From positions 30,690,001-30,754,000 of the forward strand of contig CM022672.1 of assembly GCA_012295275.1 (NCBI GenBank): a stretch of 64,000 nucleotides of DNA. The letters run 5' to 3'. Position numbers and translations under genes: made by a program. The notes below the pieces were generated by a model. It did not search any database. It was not told the DNA's origin and worked only from the letters and a program-made list of their open reading frames with translations. The DNA is from Chrysomallon squamiferum. Taxonomy: Eukaryota; Animalia; Mollusca. Of this stretch, positions 30,019 to 45,093 are shown piece after piece; within the stretch, counting starts at the first letter, position 1; every line of letters starts with the position of its first letter.

Positions 30019-30519
30019 GTTATTACTGTTATTACTGTTATCCTGCAGTAAGAGAAACAGGTCACTTTGTAATAAGAACTTCTACAAGATCTTCCTTCTC
30101 CTAATTGCGACAAACAGCCAAGTTTGCCTGGCACTTTGCTGCACTTCACGCTGTGTGCCTTGACACGTGGCACTTCAAGTAGGTGAGTCGACACGTGGCA
30201 CTTCACGCCCGCACTTCATTACGTACATAAGAGTTAGACAGTTTCTGATAATCAGTTAAAGGCCGTGGTTAGTAAAAACATAACACAGATGATGTAGTTT
30301 TTTAACACAGGCAAATGATGTGATGTTTTAGAAAATAATAATAATAATAATAATAACGATGATGATGATGATGGTGATGGTGATAATGGTAATTATAGAA
30401 ATAATAATAATGGTAATAATAATAATAATAACAATAAGAAGAAGAAATACATATACACACACATATATACACTAATCGTAAACGTCAGTCTCTTTCTGTC
30501 TTTCTGTCTATCTATCTAC

Positions 30520-30561
<42 letters not shown>

Positions 30562-30640
30562 CTAGCATCCTCTTTCTCTGTCTTTTTCACTCTGTTTATA
30601 TCGCTCTGCATCTCTCTCTCTCCTGATATATATACACATA

Positions 30641-30851
30641 CAAAAGTAGGTGGACAGTAAATGAAAACATTTATTTTGAGATACAAACACAATTATATTC
30701 ACTCCAGAAGTAGGTGGACAGTATTAAATTTAAATAACTGCAGTTACAAAATATTAAATAAAATAGTACAAATACCATAGTTATAATGAACACCATTGAT
30801 ATAACCCTAACCCTAACCCACATACTGTCAGCCTACTTTTGAACCACCCTG
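30641..30851. mobile_element. Tc1/mariner-like non-autonomous remnant with one intact TIR
   Basis: The right end reads (minus strand) TA|CAGGGTGGTTCAAAAGTAGGCTGACAGTA, a mariner-style terminus. The inverted partial matches CAAAAGTAGGTGGACAGTA (30641) and CAGAAGTAGGTGGACAGTA (30705) lie to the left. Confidence 0.7.
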
Positions 30852-30874
30852 TATATGTGTTGTGTATGTGTGTT

Positions 30875-30964
<90 letters not shown>

Positions 30965-31294
30965 AAAATCTACTGAATTATTTACGAATTAGTGAAAATG
31001 AACTTTATGTAAAAAAGTTGCACGTACGAAAAAGTACACCAGAAATTTTTCACATCCCTGAAGATGATTATTTTAATAAAATTGTGTTCAGTTCTTTTCC
31101 CAGGACCCATTTAAACTTCATCTGTTTTACATAGCATTGTCTGCTCATCTGTCTTCCAAAACAGGAGTGTTTTTTTCTCTCAGTTTTCACTAATGGAAGA
31201 TGGATGAGTTGATACAGAAGACCAAAAGTTAACGATGTATAAACCTTGAGAGAAAAGAAAGATATTTAATTTCACTGGCCTATTACTCCAGATT

Positions 31295-31325
<31 letters not shown>

Positions 31326-31356
31326 ACGTATATATATGTGTGTGTGTGTATATATG

Positions 31357-31417
<61 letters not shown>

Positions 31418-32219
31418 GTGTGTGTGTGTGTATACATATATATGTGTGTGTGTGTGTATTATGTATGTATGTATGTGTGTGTGTATGCGTGTGTGTATAT
31501 ATATTAACGAAATAGAAAAAGAAAAATCGCTATAGATTTACGTAATAATAATAATAATAATAACAACAACAACAACAATAATTACTATAGAATATTTATT
31601 AACAGTTTCAATTTAATATCATCATATTCATAATTATAAGAAAACGTGATGAACAAATGCTCGTTAATAAAATCACGTGATCGCTTGTTAAACGTCATCG
31701 CTTTTATCATAAACGTCAACAAGGTCACCTGACGTTTGTTCTGAACAGTCTAGTTTTGTAACGTCATTATTACGAATCGACATGCGATTGTTTTACACTA
31801 ACTAACACAAGGTCACGTCACTGCGTACAGTCTGGTCTGACTACGTCAGCTCGTAATGAGCCGAGGACTCACGAAGGACGGCGCTCGAGGGATCGTTTCC
31901 GGACTGGGCGAAGACAGAGGAGTTTTCTTTGATTATCACGTACGAAATGGACATCCGCTATTTTCCACGGCTGACGGGCGAACAGGAATACTGTATTTTA
32001 CTGTAAACGTTCTCATGTTTCGCTTTTGCGGGTTTAGGTAGATAAATAAATAAATAAATAAATAAACAAATTTGTTTGAATAAGAATATTATTTTCAGTT
32101 ATGATTTAATTTAGTTTTTCTTTCTGTAGTTCTCATATTTCTTATGTATTTTTATGTATCTGTATCTATTTTTATGTCTGTCTATCATATATCTAGCTAC
32201 CTGTATGTATGTCTGACTA

Positions 32220-32275
<56 letters not shown>

Positions 32276-33166
32276 TCTATCTGTCTATCTATCTGTCTAT
32301 CTATCTATCTATATGTGTATCTGGGATCTGGGTATATATCTATTTCTCTATCTACTATCTGGCTGGCTATCTATCTATCTATCTATCTGTTTGTCTGTCT
32401 GTGTGTCTATCTAAGAACATCACTATATATCTCTGTGCCTATCTCTGTTTCTCTGTCTATCCGTCTTTTTATTTTATTTGCATGTTTATTCAGTTTTATT
32501 TATTTATATTTAATATTTAAAAACAAATAACAAAAGACATTAAAACACCCACTCGAATCACACACAACCAACCGCCCATAACTCTCCCTCCACAGGGGTA
32601 CGCACACACACACACACACCCCTCACACACTCAGCCCCCCCTCACGTTCACATACAAACGTGCACAGACGTATATATAATAATAATTATTATTATTAATA
32701 AATCTCTCCGAGCAATGTGACCCATGTTCTCACGACATCAGCTTCGTCAGTTTTCCTTCGCAACTGGCCTGGGGTTAATTACTTCCGAGCATGTCGACAC
32801 AATGGACACAATACGTCGTCAACGAGAACGGCATCGCGGCGAGGCGCTATTTCTGCGGCGGCTACCACGACGACGTTATTTCTGCGCTAACCTCGCGTTG
32901 TGTTTGAATCAATAGCTGGAGCGCTCGCCCTCTTTTTCAGCTGACACTGATTTCTTTGGACGTCAGTTAATGTGCAGTGTCAACACGGTTCAAGCACGCT
33001 CGTGGTGGTACGCCACCCAGGCTTGGATTGGTTTGTGAGTAGATTAGTAGTGTGTGTGGCTTGAAAGATGGAAGTGTGCATCGTAGGTAGGAAATAAAGG
33101 AATAATGGATGAAATAAATTATGAATGGATATGTATATATATATTACATATATTCGTTGTTATTTT

Positions 33167-33282
<116 letters not shown>

Positions 33283-33837
33283 CTATATAATATATATATG
33301 GATGGATGGATAGGTGGATTGAGTGACAGAAAGAAGAAAGACATCAGTGGCTGGATAAATAAAAGGACAAACAAAATGGAATGGAATATGTATATAAAAA
33401 AGGTTAACTGGATATATAAAATTATTAATAAAGTAGTGAAAGGTTCAGAAGGATACAGACATGAACATAGAAATTAATTTTTAGAAAATCAGTGAACGAA
33501 TGATTGAAGTAACTGAAAAAAAGAAACAATAAAAATATACATGTATATTGTTTGTTTGTTTGCTGTTTTGTTTTTTGTTGTTGTTGTATTTTTAACTTTT
33601 TCTAGCGTATTCTTTTTTTCTTTTCTTTCTTGTGAGCTGTAGTATTTATTTATTTATTTTAAATTGTAAAGACAGACAGACAGACAAACAAAATTTATTC
33701 AGCATACATTAAATGTACTTTTTCTTCAGAAGAGATTTTCAACAATGAAGTGATTTTCAAAAATAGCGTAATTATTATGATTATTATTTTGGGGTTTTTG
33801 GGGGGGTATTCATTTATTATTATTATATTATTATTAT

Positions 33838-33869
<32 letters not shown>

Positions 33870-34128
33870 TAGTAGTAGTTGCAGTATACGCACATGCATC
33901 TAAAACACAGATTTGTGTTAAAAAGTAACAAAATATAACGGCTCGTGTGTCACATTTCAAGTCGTAGAACTGCTAAATCTGTGTTTTAAAGGAAAAATGT
34001 CTTGACTGACATTGTTTTGAAATTACTTACTATGATTAAACTGATATATTAAATTGACACGGAGGGAATAACCTTCTGACTGGACGCTTCAATTTCCGAT
34101 CTGAAACGCTTCACGAAGATAACAGCAG

Positions 34129-34369
34129 TATGAAGACGTAATATTTCTGTTGAAGAATAACTGGTTGTTTGTTGTAAGTGGCAAACTATAATCGTCTGAA
34201 AGAATGTTACGGAGAAAGAAAGAGAAAGAGAGATACTCCACAGGGAGAGAGACAAATATATATATCTTTCTGTCTCTTTCTTTCCCCGTAACATTCTTTC
34301 AAACGATTATATTTTGCCGCTTACAAGAAATAACCAATTATTCTTCAATAGAAATAGTACGTCTTAATA
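34129..34369. repeat. Long inverted repeat (107-bp arms, 27-bp spacer)
   Basis: 34129-34235 aligns without gaps to the reverse complement of 34263-34369 with 12 mismatches by hand count (~89%). Confidence 0.93.
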
Positions 34370-34489
34370 GGTCTATGTCTATATATATAGAGAGAGAGAG
34401 AGACAATCATACACACACAGACACACGAACACAGATAAAGAGGACAAAAGATATAGACCGACAGACATTTAGATATTTAGATAGATCGA

Positions 34490-35130
<641 letters not shown>

Positions 35131-35464
35131 TAACTAACACACCAGTACAGCAGACTTTAACGCCAACATTCTAACGACAACGACGACGTCGGCAGCAGTG
35201 TTGCTATTTATTCTCGAAGAAGTAATTAAATATATTGATTATTACGGACCTGTGTGAACCGGCTGGCAAACACTCGAGATGGAAGACACCAGACTTGTAT
35301 TCTTAAACGCCCGTGGTCCAACACGCCTAATTGAACACTTAAAACATTACGAGATAGAGAGAGAGAGAGACTCTGTCACTCGAACTACAACAGTCTTTAC
35401 GTTCTGCGCTGCTACTTTCGTAACAGTGAAATGGTGCGACTGGTGTGGGAAGATGTATAATGCA

Positions 35465-35647
35465 ATATAATATAATATAATATAATATAATATAATGTAA
35501 TATAATATAATATAATATAATACAATATAATATAATATAATATAATATAATGTAATGTAATATAATATAATATAATGTAATATAATATAATATAATATAA
35601 TATAATGTAATATAATATAATATAATATAATATAATATAATATAATA
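35465..35647. repeat. (TATAA)n pentanucleotide microsatellite, about 36 units
   Basis: Direct reading, with occasional TGTAA/TACAA variants. Confidence 0.95.
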
Positions 35648-37336
35648 CACATTATACATATACATATACATACAACTAACTCTTTAAATAAATAAAAAGT
35701 ACACTGTTGTCGTTGCTATTGTTGCTCTTGTTGTTCTTGTTGTTCTTCTTCTTATTATTATTATTACTGTTGTTGTTTTTGATGCTGTTACTAGTGCTAT
35801 TAGTATTACTATTACTATTACTGCCATAGTACTACTACTGCTGCTACTACCACTACTAGTGCTTCTACTACTTCTATTACAGTTACTGCTGCTGCTACTA
35901 CTACTACCAGTACTACTATTACAATTACTGCTACTATTGCTACTACTACAGCTACCACTACTACTACTACTACTACTTCACTACTACATATATCGAAATG
36001 CTGTGAATTCTACAATTTCCCATTCAACTCAGTTCCTCATCAATAGTTAGAATTAATATCTGTTTTGTAAAGGAATTCACTAATGATATTTTAAAATGAT
36101 TTTTCGAAACATTTCAGTATTAACAGTTTATAAACACGTTATATCTTTGTTTCTTACTTTCTTACTTTCTTTCTTTCTGACTTCCTTCCTTTTTTCTTTC
36201 TTTCTTTCTTTCTTTCGATAATGCAGTAAATACATTACTCAAGCTTCTCTCCATGTTTCGTTCTATTTTAATTTTTTTTTTTTTTTTTTTTTATCAGTTG
36301 ACAGCAATTAATCTATTTTAAACACGGTCCTACGACTATAAAATTCACAGTCAGGCAGCTAAACAGACACACAGACAGACAAAAAGAGAGACAGACAGAC
36401 AGACATTAAAAAAAAGATCATACTGCAGCTTAGAAACAACTTAACAGGACTGAAAAGGTTTGACCCTTCGACATAATAATATGACGTCATTCTATCATCT
36501 TATGATGCTCTTACAGGTTGGAACGGGCGATGGCTTTTAACGAAGGACTGATGACGTTTGATCTTTTGACTTATTATAATATCTTTTTCAGCTGTAAAAG
36601 TGCTCTGTACTCCGGTATCTAGAGAGCGTGTAAATAGTACATCAGCTCTGGCAGTGCATCTTTGAGAACAACATAACGAGGTAATCTTGCTTATCTTCTC
36701 TTCTGTCTTTCTCAATTACATAACGCTCCAACGACAACGACGTCAACGTCAGCGAAGAAGAAAGAGTAAATAATGCGACACGACAAAAAACAGCATCGTC
36801 CCCCTGACACAACAAATGAAGACGTACACTACGTCAGAGGACAGACTGACCCGCGAACGCCAAAAACCGAAATCTTCGTATTTCCAACATCGTGACAGAA
36901 ACTGCCTGAAAATCCCCACATAATCCGTGCAGAATGGAACCGAAATGAACATGCTTAGGTCTGGCTCAGTCTTGAGCCGCTCACTCATTTGCAGAGGTTA
37001 GGGAGAATTAAGGATGACGTTCTTTGGACCTGGGTCGAGGAATGAAGACATCACAAATCATCGAAGTTAAAATCCACGAAACGGTTGAAACCGGACACTG
37101 GGGGAGTGGAATCACTGGGATGATGCAGATGATGTCGCGAGGAGTTTAGAATGTCTACACAGACTGATGTGTGATAGAGTTTTGTTAATGTTCTGATCTG
37201 GTTTATGGACTCGTGTGACTTAGAAGATGATTCTGGGATTTGTTTCATGCTGATCTTTAAATACGTTTTTCACTTGTAAACATTTTTACATGTTAGTTTG
37301 TGTCCGTGTTTAGATTTCTTAGGTAATTATGATGTT

Positions 37337-37413
<77 letters not shown>

Positions 37414-37539
37414 GCTCTCTCTCTCTCTAGCTCTCTCTAGCTCTCTCTCTTTCTCTCTCTGTCTATCTATCTATCTATATTTCTTTCACTCTGTCTCACA
37501 CTCTCTCACCCAACCTCTCATTCTTTCTCTTTCTCTCTA

Positions 37540-37570
<31 letters not shown>

Positions 37571-38430
37571 AAGATTTTATCTTTCTCTGTGTTTTCTTTT
37601 TATTTTATCTCTTACGTAGGTATTTATCCGTTCGTCCATATGTCTTTCTGTCTCTTAATCCACAATATAACACAGGCTCACTAACACACATATCGGTTAA
37701 TATACTGTCACTAAGATCTCGCTTTCATCTCTTTCTCTCTAAAACACACTCATTACCCCGAGTTAACTTGTTCGTATTAGCATGTCAAATCTTGACACTG
37801 GCAGTTAACCATAAGCAAAGCCTTCGCCAATAATAATAAAAATCAAACCCATTCATCTCCGGGTTTTTTCCGTACAAGAATATTTTTATTATCATTGTCT
37901 ACTTTCTCGGTTTTATTGCTATCAATTTACAAGATTTCTCAGACGTCATCTAGATTGACAACAATCAAGATAACTATAAATGTTCTATATCGGGGTAATC
38001 GTCAAGATTTACGTCATAAAAGTTTTCCTGTAACAATGTACTTGCTCGCAACCAAATTATAGCCGCTAATAATACTAAAGTATGAAAATAAAGAAAATGA
38101 AATAAACACACACATATACATTAATGCGCAGACACAAAAAAATAAAAAAAATAAAAAAAGCGCCAGTCATAAAAAAAAACGCATTATAATGTATGAACTT
38201 TATAGACAGACAGATACAAAGAGCGAAAATGACAGATAGATTCAAAAGAGAAATAAAATAAATTCAGCAATGGAATTAATACTCATCAGTTTCATCATAA
38301 ACTGCATTCATTTAGTAAGTTAAATTGTTTTCTCAGACATGTCCATGTCAGTAAACGATCGTAATAATTAAACAAAAATTCTTTTTTTTTTTTCTTCGAC
38401 TTTTTAAATTCAGTCATCTTTACGTATTTT

Positions 38431-38497
<67 letters not shown>

Positions 38498-39417
38498 GAA
38501 CATTCTAGACACGATGTTTCAGACGCCTGTATTACCCCGCCCCCCACCCGACGTCTCATTTGTTTCGGTTAAAACGTCATCCCCAAACATTAAGCACAAA
38601 TGAGTGAATCATTAAGGCGGATTTTACGCGCTCTTTTCCCACGGGTCACAGTCGACTGTAAGTCGGGGTATCCGCGTAATTAATAAACTATACGTGTGAT
38701 AAATTCTCGTCTGCTGTGGAACCCACGTGATCTTTGATCTCTCGTTTGCAGTGTGTCGTCTGGCTTGAGTACTTTTGGCACGAAGCTGCGCCAGACAGGT
38801 TTGTACAGAGAGAAAGTTAGAAACGCCAGCAGAACTCCCCCTGGAGACTGATTGTAGTACACCTCAAATGTCACTGTTATAATTGATTGCTGTCATAATT
38901 GTCCGTAAAACAGGTACAGTTCAAGAAGAATAAATAAATAAATAAATAAATAAATGATAATAATAAATAATAATAATAAGAAGAAAAAGAAGAAGAAGAA
39001 GAAGAACGAAAAGAAAAGAAAAGAAAAAGGACACATACTGATATAATAACATTTAATATATTTTGTGTTTATATATATATATGTGTGTTAGTGTACGTGT
39101 TTGTATGTGTGTGTGTATATATATATGTGCGTGTATTGTTTATGTGTATATTTGTATATACGTATGTGTGTATGGATGTATGGATGTATATGTGTATGCA
39201 TGTATGTATGTACATGTGTGTATGTGTATATGTTTGTGTATGTGCATATGTTAGTGTGCTTGTATATTTGTATGTATGTATGTTTGTATGTGTGTATGTA
39301 TGTCTTTCTATCATGTTTGTGTATTTATATAATTATCTGTCTGTTGTCAAGTCTGTAGATGTATTTGCCTTTGTGTGTATGTGTGTGTGTGTGTGTGTGT
39401 ACATATATATTCATATT

Positions 39418-39496
<79 letters not shown>

Positions 39497-40192
39497 CATG
39501 TAGGATCAATCACTGTAAGATTTGCCATTTACGTACAAATTACGTCATTTGTTTTAATTCCACATTACCAACCGAAAGAGGAATGAAGCCATCAAAAAAA
39601 AAAAGAAAAAGAAAAAAAAGGAAAAGAAGAAAAAAATCTGCTCAGTTTTCGACTTGTTTTTCTTTACTAATTTGCAGGTGCTTTTGTTTTTAGAAAAAAT
39701 ACAACGAAATGCAATTGAACGAAACCAGTCACTATTAGTTTTTCTTGTAAACCTCAATTAGAATTATGTCGAAGATATTTTATTTCCTTTTTAAAACTCT
39801 TTTTTCTTTTTCTGGATTTCATTGTCGAAGACAATTACGTCAAATGAAGTTCTATTGATTTAATTCTGCTTAATAAATAAAACTAACATAAAAAAAAAAA
39901 AAAAAAAAAAAATAGCAGAAGAAAAATTGAAGAAAAAGAAAAAAGAAAAAGAAAAAAAGAAGAATCAATTTGTAAGAAAACAGCCGACTACGTTAATATC
40001 AACTGATTGAGACAAACTGATTTTATTTAGCTCTTCTCAGATTTAATAAGTAGGATAAGTGTGTGGTATGGGGAAAAAAATGAAGTAGCAAATGAAGAAA
40101 TCTGGTAATGCTATTAGTTAAAAGTGTTGTATGAACGATCAAATCTGTTTCTTCCTTTCTTTCTTTCTTTCTCGTTTTTTTTTTTACATCTA

Positions 40193-40259
<67 letters not shown>

Positions 40260-41734
40260 AATGCATGAAAACGTGTACACAAATATTAAGAACAAAAGTA
40301 ACATCTAAACGTAAACATAACTTCCGCTAGTTTTTTCATTCTTATTTCAGTTCTGTTACAAAACGAACCTATAATTTTAACAAATAAAACGTTTTGATAA
40401 AACCAGCTCAATATCTCGTTGTTAATTAAAGTTCTCTGGCTTTAGACTGGCATGTCCTCGGATCGCCTCCTCATACTGATTCCTTCTGATATAACGTACT
40501 ATATTACATACACTTAAACCTCTCTTGGATATAAATACATTTAAGATGTCTGATGATGTCATACATTTTTTCATCGGTGGCGTCATACAATTATTTCATG
40601 ACGTCATCACTGAAATGAGCACAATTCCAAAAATAATCTATTTCAAATAATGATATCGGAAGGCATGTAATAACAACAGTGCTTGTGGGTGTGGGTGTGG
40701 GTGTGTATATGCTTTGTGAGGGTCGTGTACGTGCGTGTATGCATGTGTATTTTGTGGGTGTTTGTGTTCTTCTGCGTATGTATATATATATATTTGTGTT
40801 TGCGGGGTTGTATATATTAAGTAGGCTCATAATATTTATGTTAAAATAATAAGGTTTAATAATAATAATAATAATAATAATAATATTGGCAATAATAATA
40901 AGAATAATAATAATAATATAATACCAGTCATTAGACAATAGGTATAATTATACGTCATAGGTCGTACCTATTAAAAAAATACACAAAAAACAAAAACACA
41001 AACAAACAATATCTTGCAGCTAACAAAAAGAGCAGTAGCAATCGTCTGCCAACATTATCTGCAAGATGTCTAATCACAGTTTATAATCGAATGTAAACAG
41101 CAGATTCAAAACGTATTTAATGCGTTGTTGAATAATATACATTATTTCTTTCATTCATATCTATAAGTTCTGGATGTCTGTCTCACACACATCGCCAAAA
41201 AAAAAAAAAAAAAAAAAAAAGAAGAAGAAAAAAAAAAGATTGCTGAGTTAATGATTTTCAGTGACAAATGGACGGTCATCAAAGACAGAAATGACCGGGG
41301 TCAGCTATGGGTCAGTTTTCAACCTGTCATTACGTATTGATCTTATTGTGACGAAAGGCTCGTGCTAAAGTAACTTTGTCCTCGTTCGTCAAACTCGCAT
41401 GTAACCTGCTGTTTGTTTACAGCTGCTGTTTGTTTACAACTGTTGTTTGTTTACTGGGATACTTATTAATTTGTATTATTTGCTCCTTCAGTGTTTACTT
41501 TTGCTTGCTTGTTTATGCTCCTGTGGAGTGTAGGTCTGTCTCTGTGTGTGCTTGTTTGTCGTCTATCTGTCTGTCTGTCTGTGTATGTGTGTATGTATGT
41601 ACGTTTTTCTGTATTTTGGGGAGATTTGAATGTTCTCTGTGTTACGTACATATAAACAGACTTTGCATGTAGACAGTATTCGGGAGCAGAGTATCGCAGG
41701 AAGACAAAGTTAAATCGCGACCCCACAAAACCCC

Positions 41735-41815
41735 GTCAGATGCCGCTGACGAGACTCGAACGTATGACACCCGTTCCGAACTCCGAAGTGGGAGGTGGAA
41801 ACCAAACAGCCGTCA
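41735..41815 (-). mobile_element. Possible decayed tRNA-derived SINE head
   Basis: Minus strand: A-box-like CGGCTGTTTGG followed ~45 nt later by GTTCGAGTC (B-box-like) and TCGTCAGCGGCA; no cloverleaf. Confidence 0.25.
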
Positions 41816-42964
41816 AAACAACCGTAAAAAAAAGTTTGCTCAGTAACCGAGGGTAATCGTAGCTTCCCACGAAACACGCAGTTCTTTGTCTTTCGTCATT
41901 TTCCAGTGCATTTATTTTTTGTGTGAAACCTGGCAAAGGCAGGAATATATATATTTTTGAGATTTGAATATTCTTTGTTTTATACACCTCTGATTAGACT
42001 CTGATTATATAATTATGCATGCATGTATGTGTGTGCTTACCTGTGTATGTATGTATTTGTGTATGTTTCTATCTGTGTGAGTCTGTGTTTTTCTGAGTAT
42101 ATGTATGTGTCTGCATGTTTGTCACTATGTCTGTGTGTGTATATATATCTATATATGAACAGATAAACAGACAGATAGATGGACTGACAGATATACAGAA
42201 AGACAGACATACAGAAAGGAAGATAGGTATAAATCACGTGTTTCTTTAGAAAGGTAAATAAAAACGTGAGTGCGTGTGAGTGCGTGTGGATGTGTTTGGC
42301 TGTGTGTCTTTCTACGTCCGTCCATTTCTTTTCATCTTTTTTCTTCATCTTATAATTATTACGTGCAAACAAACAGATCGATTTAAACCATTATGGGTTG
42401 AAGACGCTATCTGCAATATCACTTATTATAAATCAACTCTTTACCGTCAACAGTTTTTAAAATCACTTAAAATGATTTCTTTATTTTTCTTTTAATTCCT
42501 TCTTTTTAATTCTTTTTTCTTGTTCGTTTTCTTTCTTCTTTTTTCTACTTTTTTTTTTTTTTCGTTTATATTTTATATTTTTTATATTTTGTTATTGATG
42601 GCATTAATCTTCACTAGCAATGTAGACAGCAGTTTATGACCTGTTTTCTCAATAAATTACCTACAAATGTCCTGTAAGAGGCCATTATTTCAAATTATCT
42701 CCGTCCTAATATAATTGATATTCATTGACGTCTTCTCGTTGTCACTAAGTGGATTAGTCCTGCTTTTAGCGGCGTCCTTTATTTTACTTGTTCCTGGCTG
42801 ACTGCAGTGGCTGCATAGATTATAAGTAAATTAATTTATTTCATATAAATAAATAAAAAGGAAAAACAGTAGAAAAAAAGTAAACGAAAACAAAAGCATT
42901 AACGTACAAGTATGTTTGTGTGTACTGTATATAACAGACACACTGAAATGCACGTGTGTGTAGT

Positions 42965-43081
<117 letters not shown>

Positions 43082-44220
43082 AGATATATATGTACACACA
43101 TACACACAAAGTAAACACATACATATACATATAAACACACATACATACATACAAAATGCACGTTCAGATAAACTCTAACAGCAGCAATGTTGATAACAAT
43201 AACAATAAAAATGATGACGACCATACAGAAATAATAATAGTAATAATAAAGATCGTGGTGATGTTGATGATGATGATGATGCTGATAATGATGACGATAG
43301 TGGTTATTATTATTATTGTTGTTGTTGATATTAAACATGAACATGAAACCTACACACCACAGATGTTTGCGTGGACAAAATTTCGCTTAGACACACACAT
43401 ATATACTCACATATACACACACACATACACATTCACAAGCATACACTAAAGCACGAATACGTACATACAGACACAAATACATACAAATCCAGCCAGGATC
43501 ACAAACAGGATCACGCCGAAACACGGACACTTTCACACATGGGCAGACACGTAAACACATCCAAGCAGTAGTTAAGATTACAAACAATGATAAAGATAGT
43601 AGAAAAAATATTAAATTCAAAATTCAAAAAATATTTCTACGTTTCAGTCCAGAAGGAATTATTTTACTATTTTCTTTTCTTCATTAATTTTTAATTTTCG
43701 TATTATTAAACTCCTTTCCCTGAGACATCTTCTAACAATAAAACTTCACCTCTTTCAGTAAAAAAAAAAAAAAAAATAATAAAAAATATCGCTTATCACT
43801 GCATAAGAAGGGAAAATATTCATACAAACTGCATCTTGCAAAAGACATTTCCTTATTGATCTTTCGGGAATTTCCTGTGCGCTGAAAGGACGTCCATATG
43901 CTCGTGTTAGTTGGACATTAAAGCAGTCACTCTCCAGTTATGAAGAGACATGCATAATTCGTCTCCGCCGTAACATGAAAACCGTCGTTTCGTCTTCGTG
44001 TGGCTTTGGCAAATACCGTTTAGCCCGAGGCGCCATTTCCAGTCTGACAGAAGGGAAAAACATCCTGGTTTTGTCGTTTGGTGGCAGAGTTAACTGGAAG
44101 GCTTTTAGCGTTCAACATGAAGTGAAGCAGAAGATGAAATGAACTTGCCACTGGCTATTTCTTCGTTATTTTCATACTTTAGCCGTGTTCTTTACATGTT
44201 TTGTTTTTTTCACACACAGA

Positions 44221-44295
<75 letters not shown>

Positions 44296-44648
44296 GATTC
44301 ATATTGTTGTTGGTGTTGTTGCTGCTATTGTTATAATTATTATCTAGTTATTTTACCATTATTACTGTAATTATTATGACAATGACAGTCGAACATCCAA
44401 ATGGCAGAATTAAATAGCTACGTAAGTTTTAATGTTTGTGTCTTATTTGCGAAAGTGCATAGGTAAATAATAATATTACGTCATAAGCGTCATCAACAAT
44501 GCGACGGTATAAATCTTGTTCTTAATTATATTTCAATTTAAAAGTTACAGAAATTAACAAGAACTCGCTATTACAATACTTACAAGTATAAATTCATTTT
44601 AAAGACTTTTTTGGCGTTAATATGTGTGCGTGTGTGTGTATGTAGCTG

Positions 44649-44723
<75 letters not shown>

Positions 44724-45004
44724 TGTCTGAAAAATTATATCAGTTCTATCAATGTTATTTAATTCCACTGCTTCCCAATTCTGTACATGTTGTTACTCTG
44801 GTTTTTGTTTTTGTCGGTGTTAATGGTGTTTTTAAAACGCTAGATGAAAGCAAAACATATTAGGGTGACAAGTCTTTTCTAGACATTAAATATTAAACGG
44901 TTTTAGCAGCCACTGAATCCAGAAATAACAATTTGACTTTTGTAAAAAAAGACAAATTGCAGTCGGTAATAACAAAAATATGAAATTCTATGGTAAGAGA
45001 AATC

Positions 45005-45093
<89 letters not shown>

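Noticed and set aside
30802-30819. (TAACCC)3 as a telomere or chromosome-fusion relic
   Set aside because: Only three units, and they lie inside a transposon-like remnant.
37042-37149. 35-codon ORF MKTSQIIEVKIHETVETGHWGSGITGMMQMMSRGV in a GC-richer island
   Set aside because: Short, with no recognisable homology, no signal-peptide or dibasic-site pattern, and none of the GC3 bias of the real exon.
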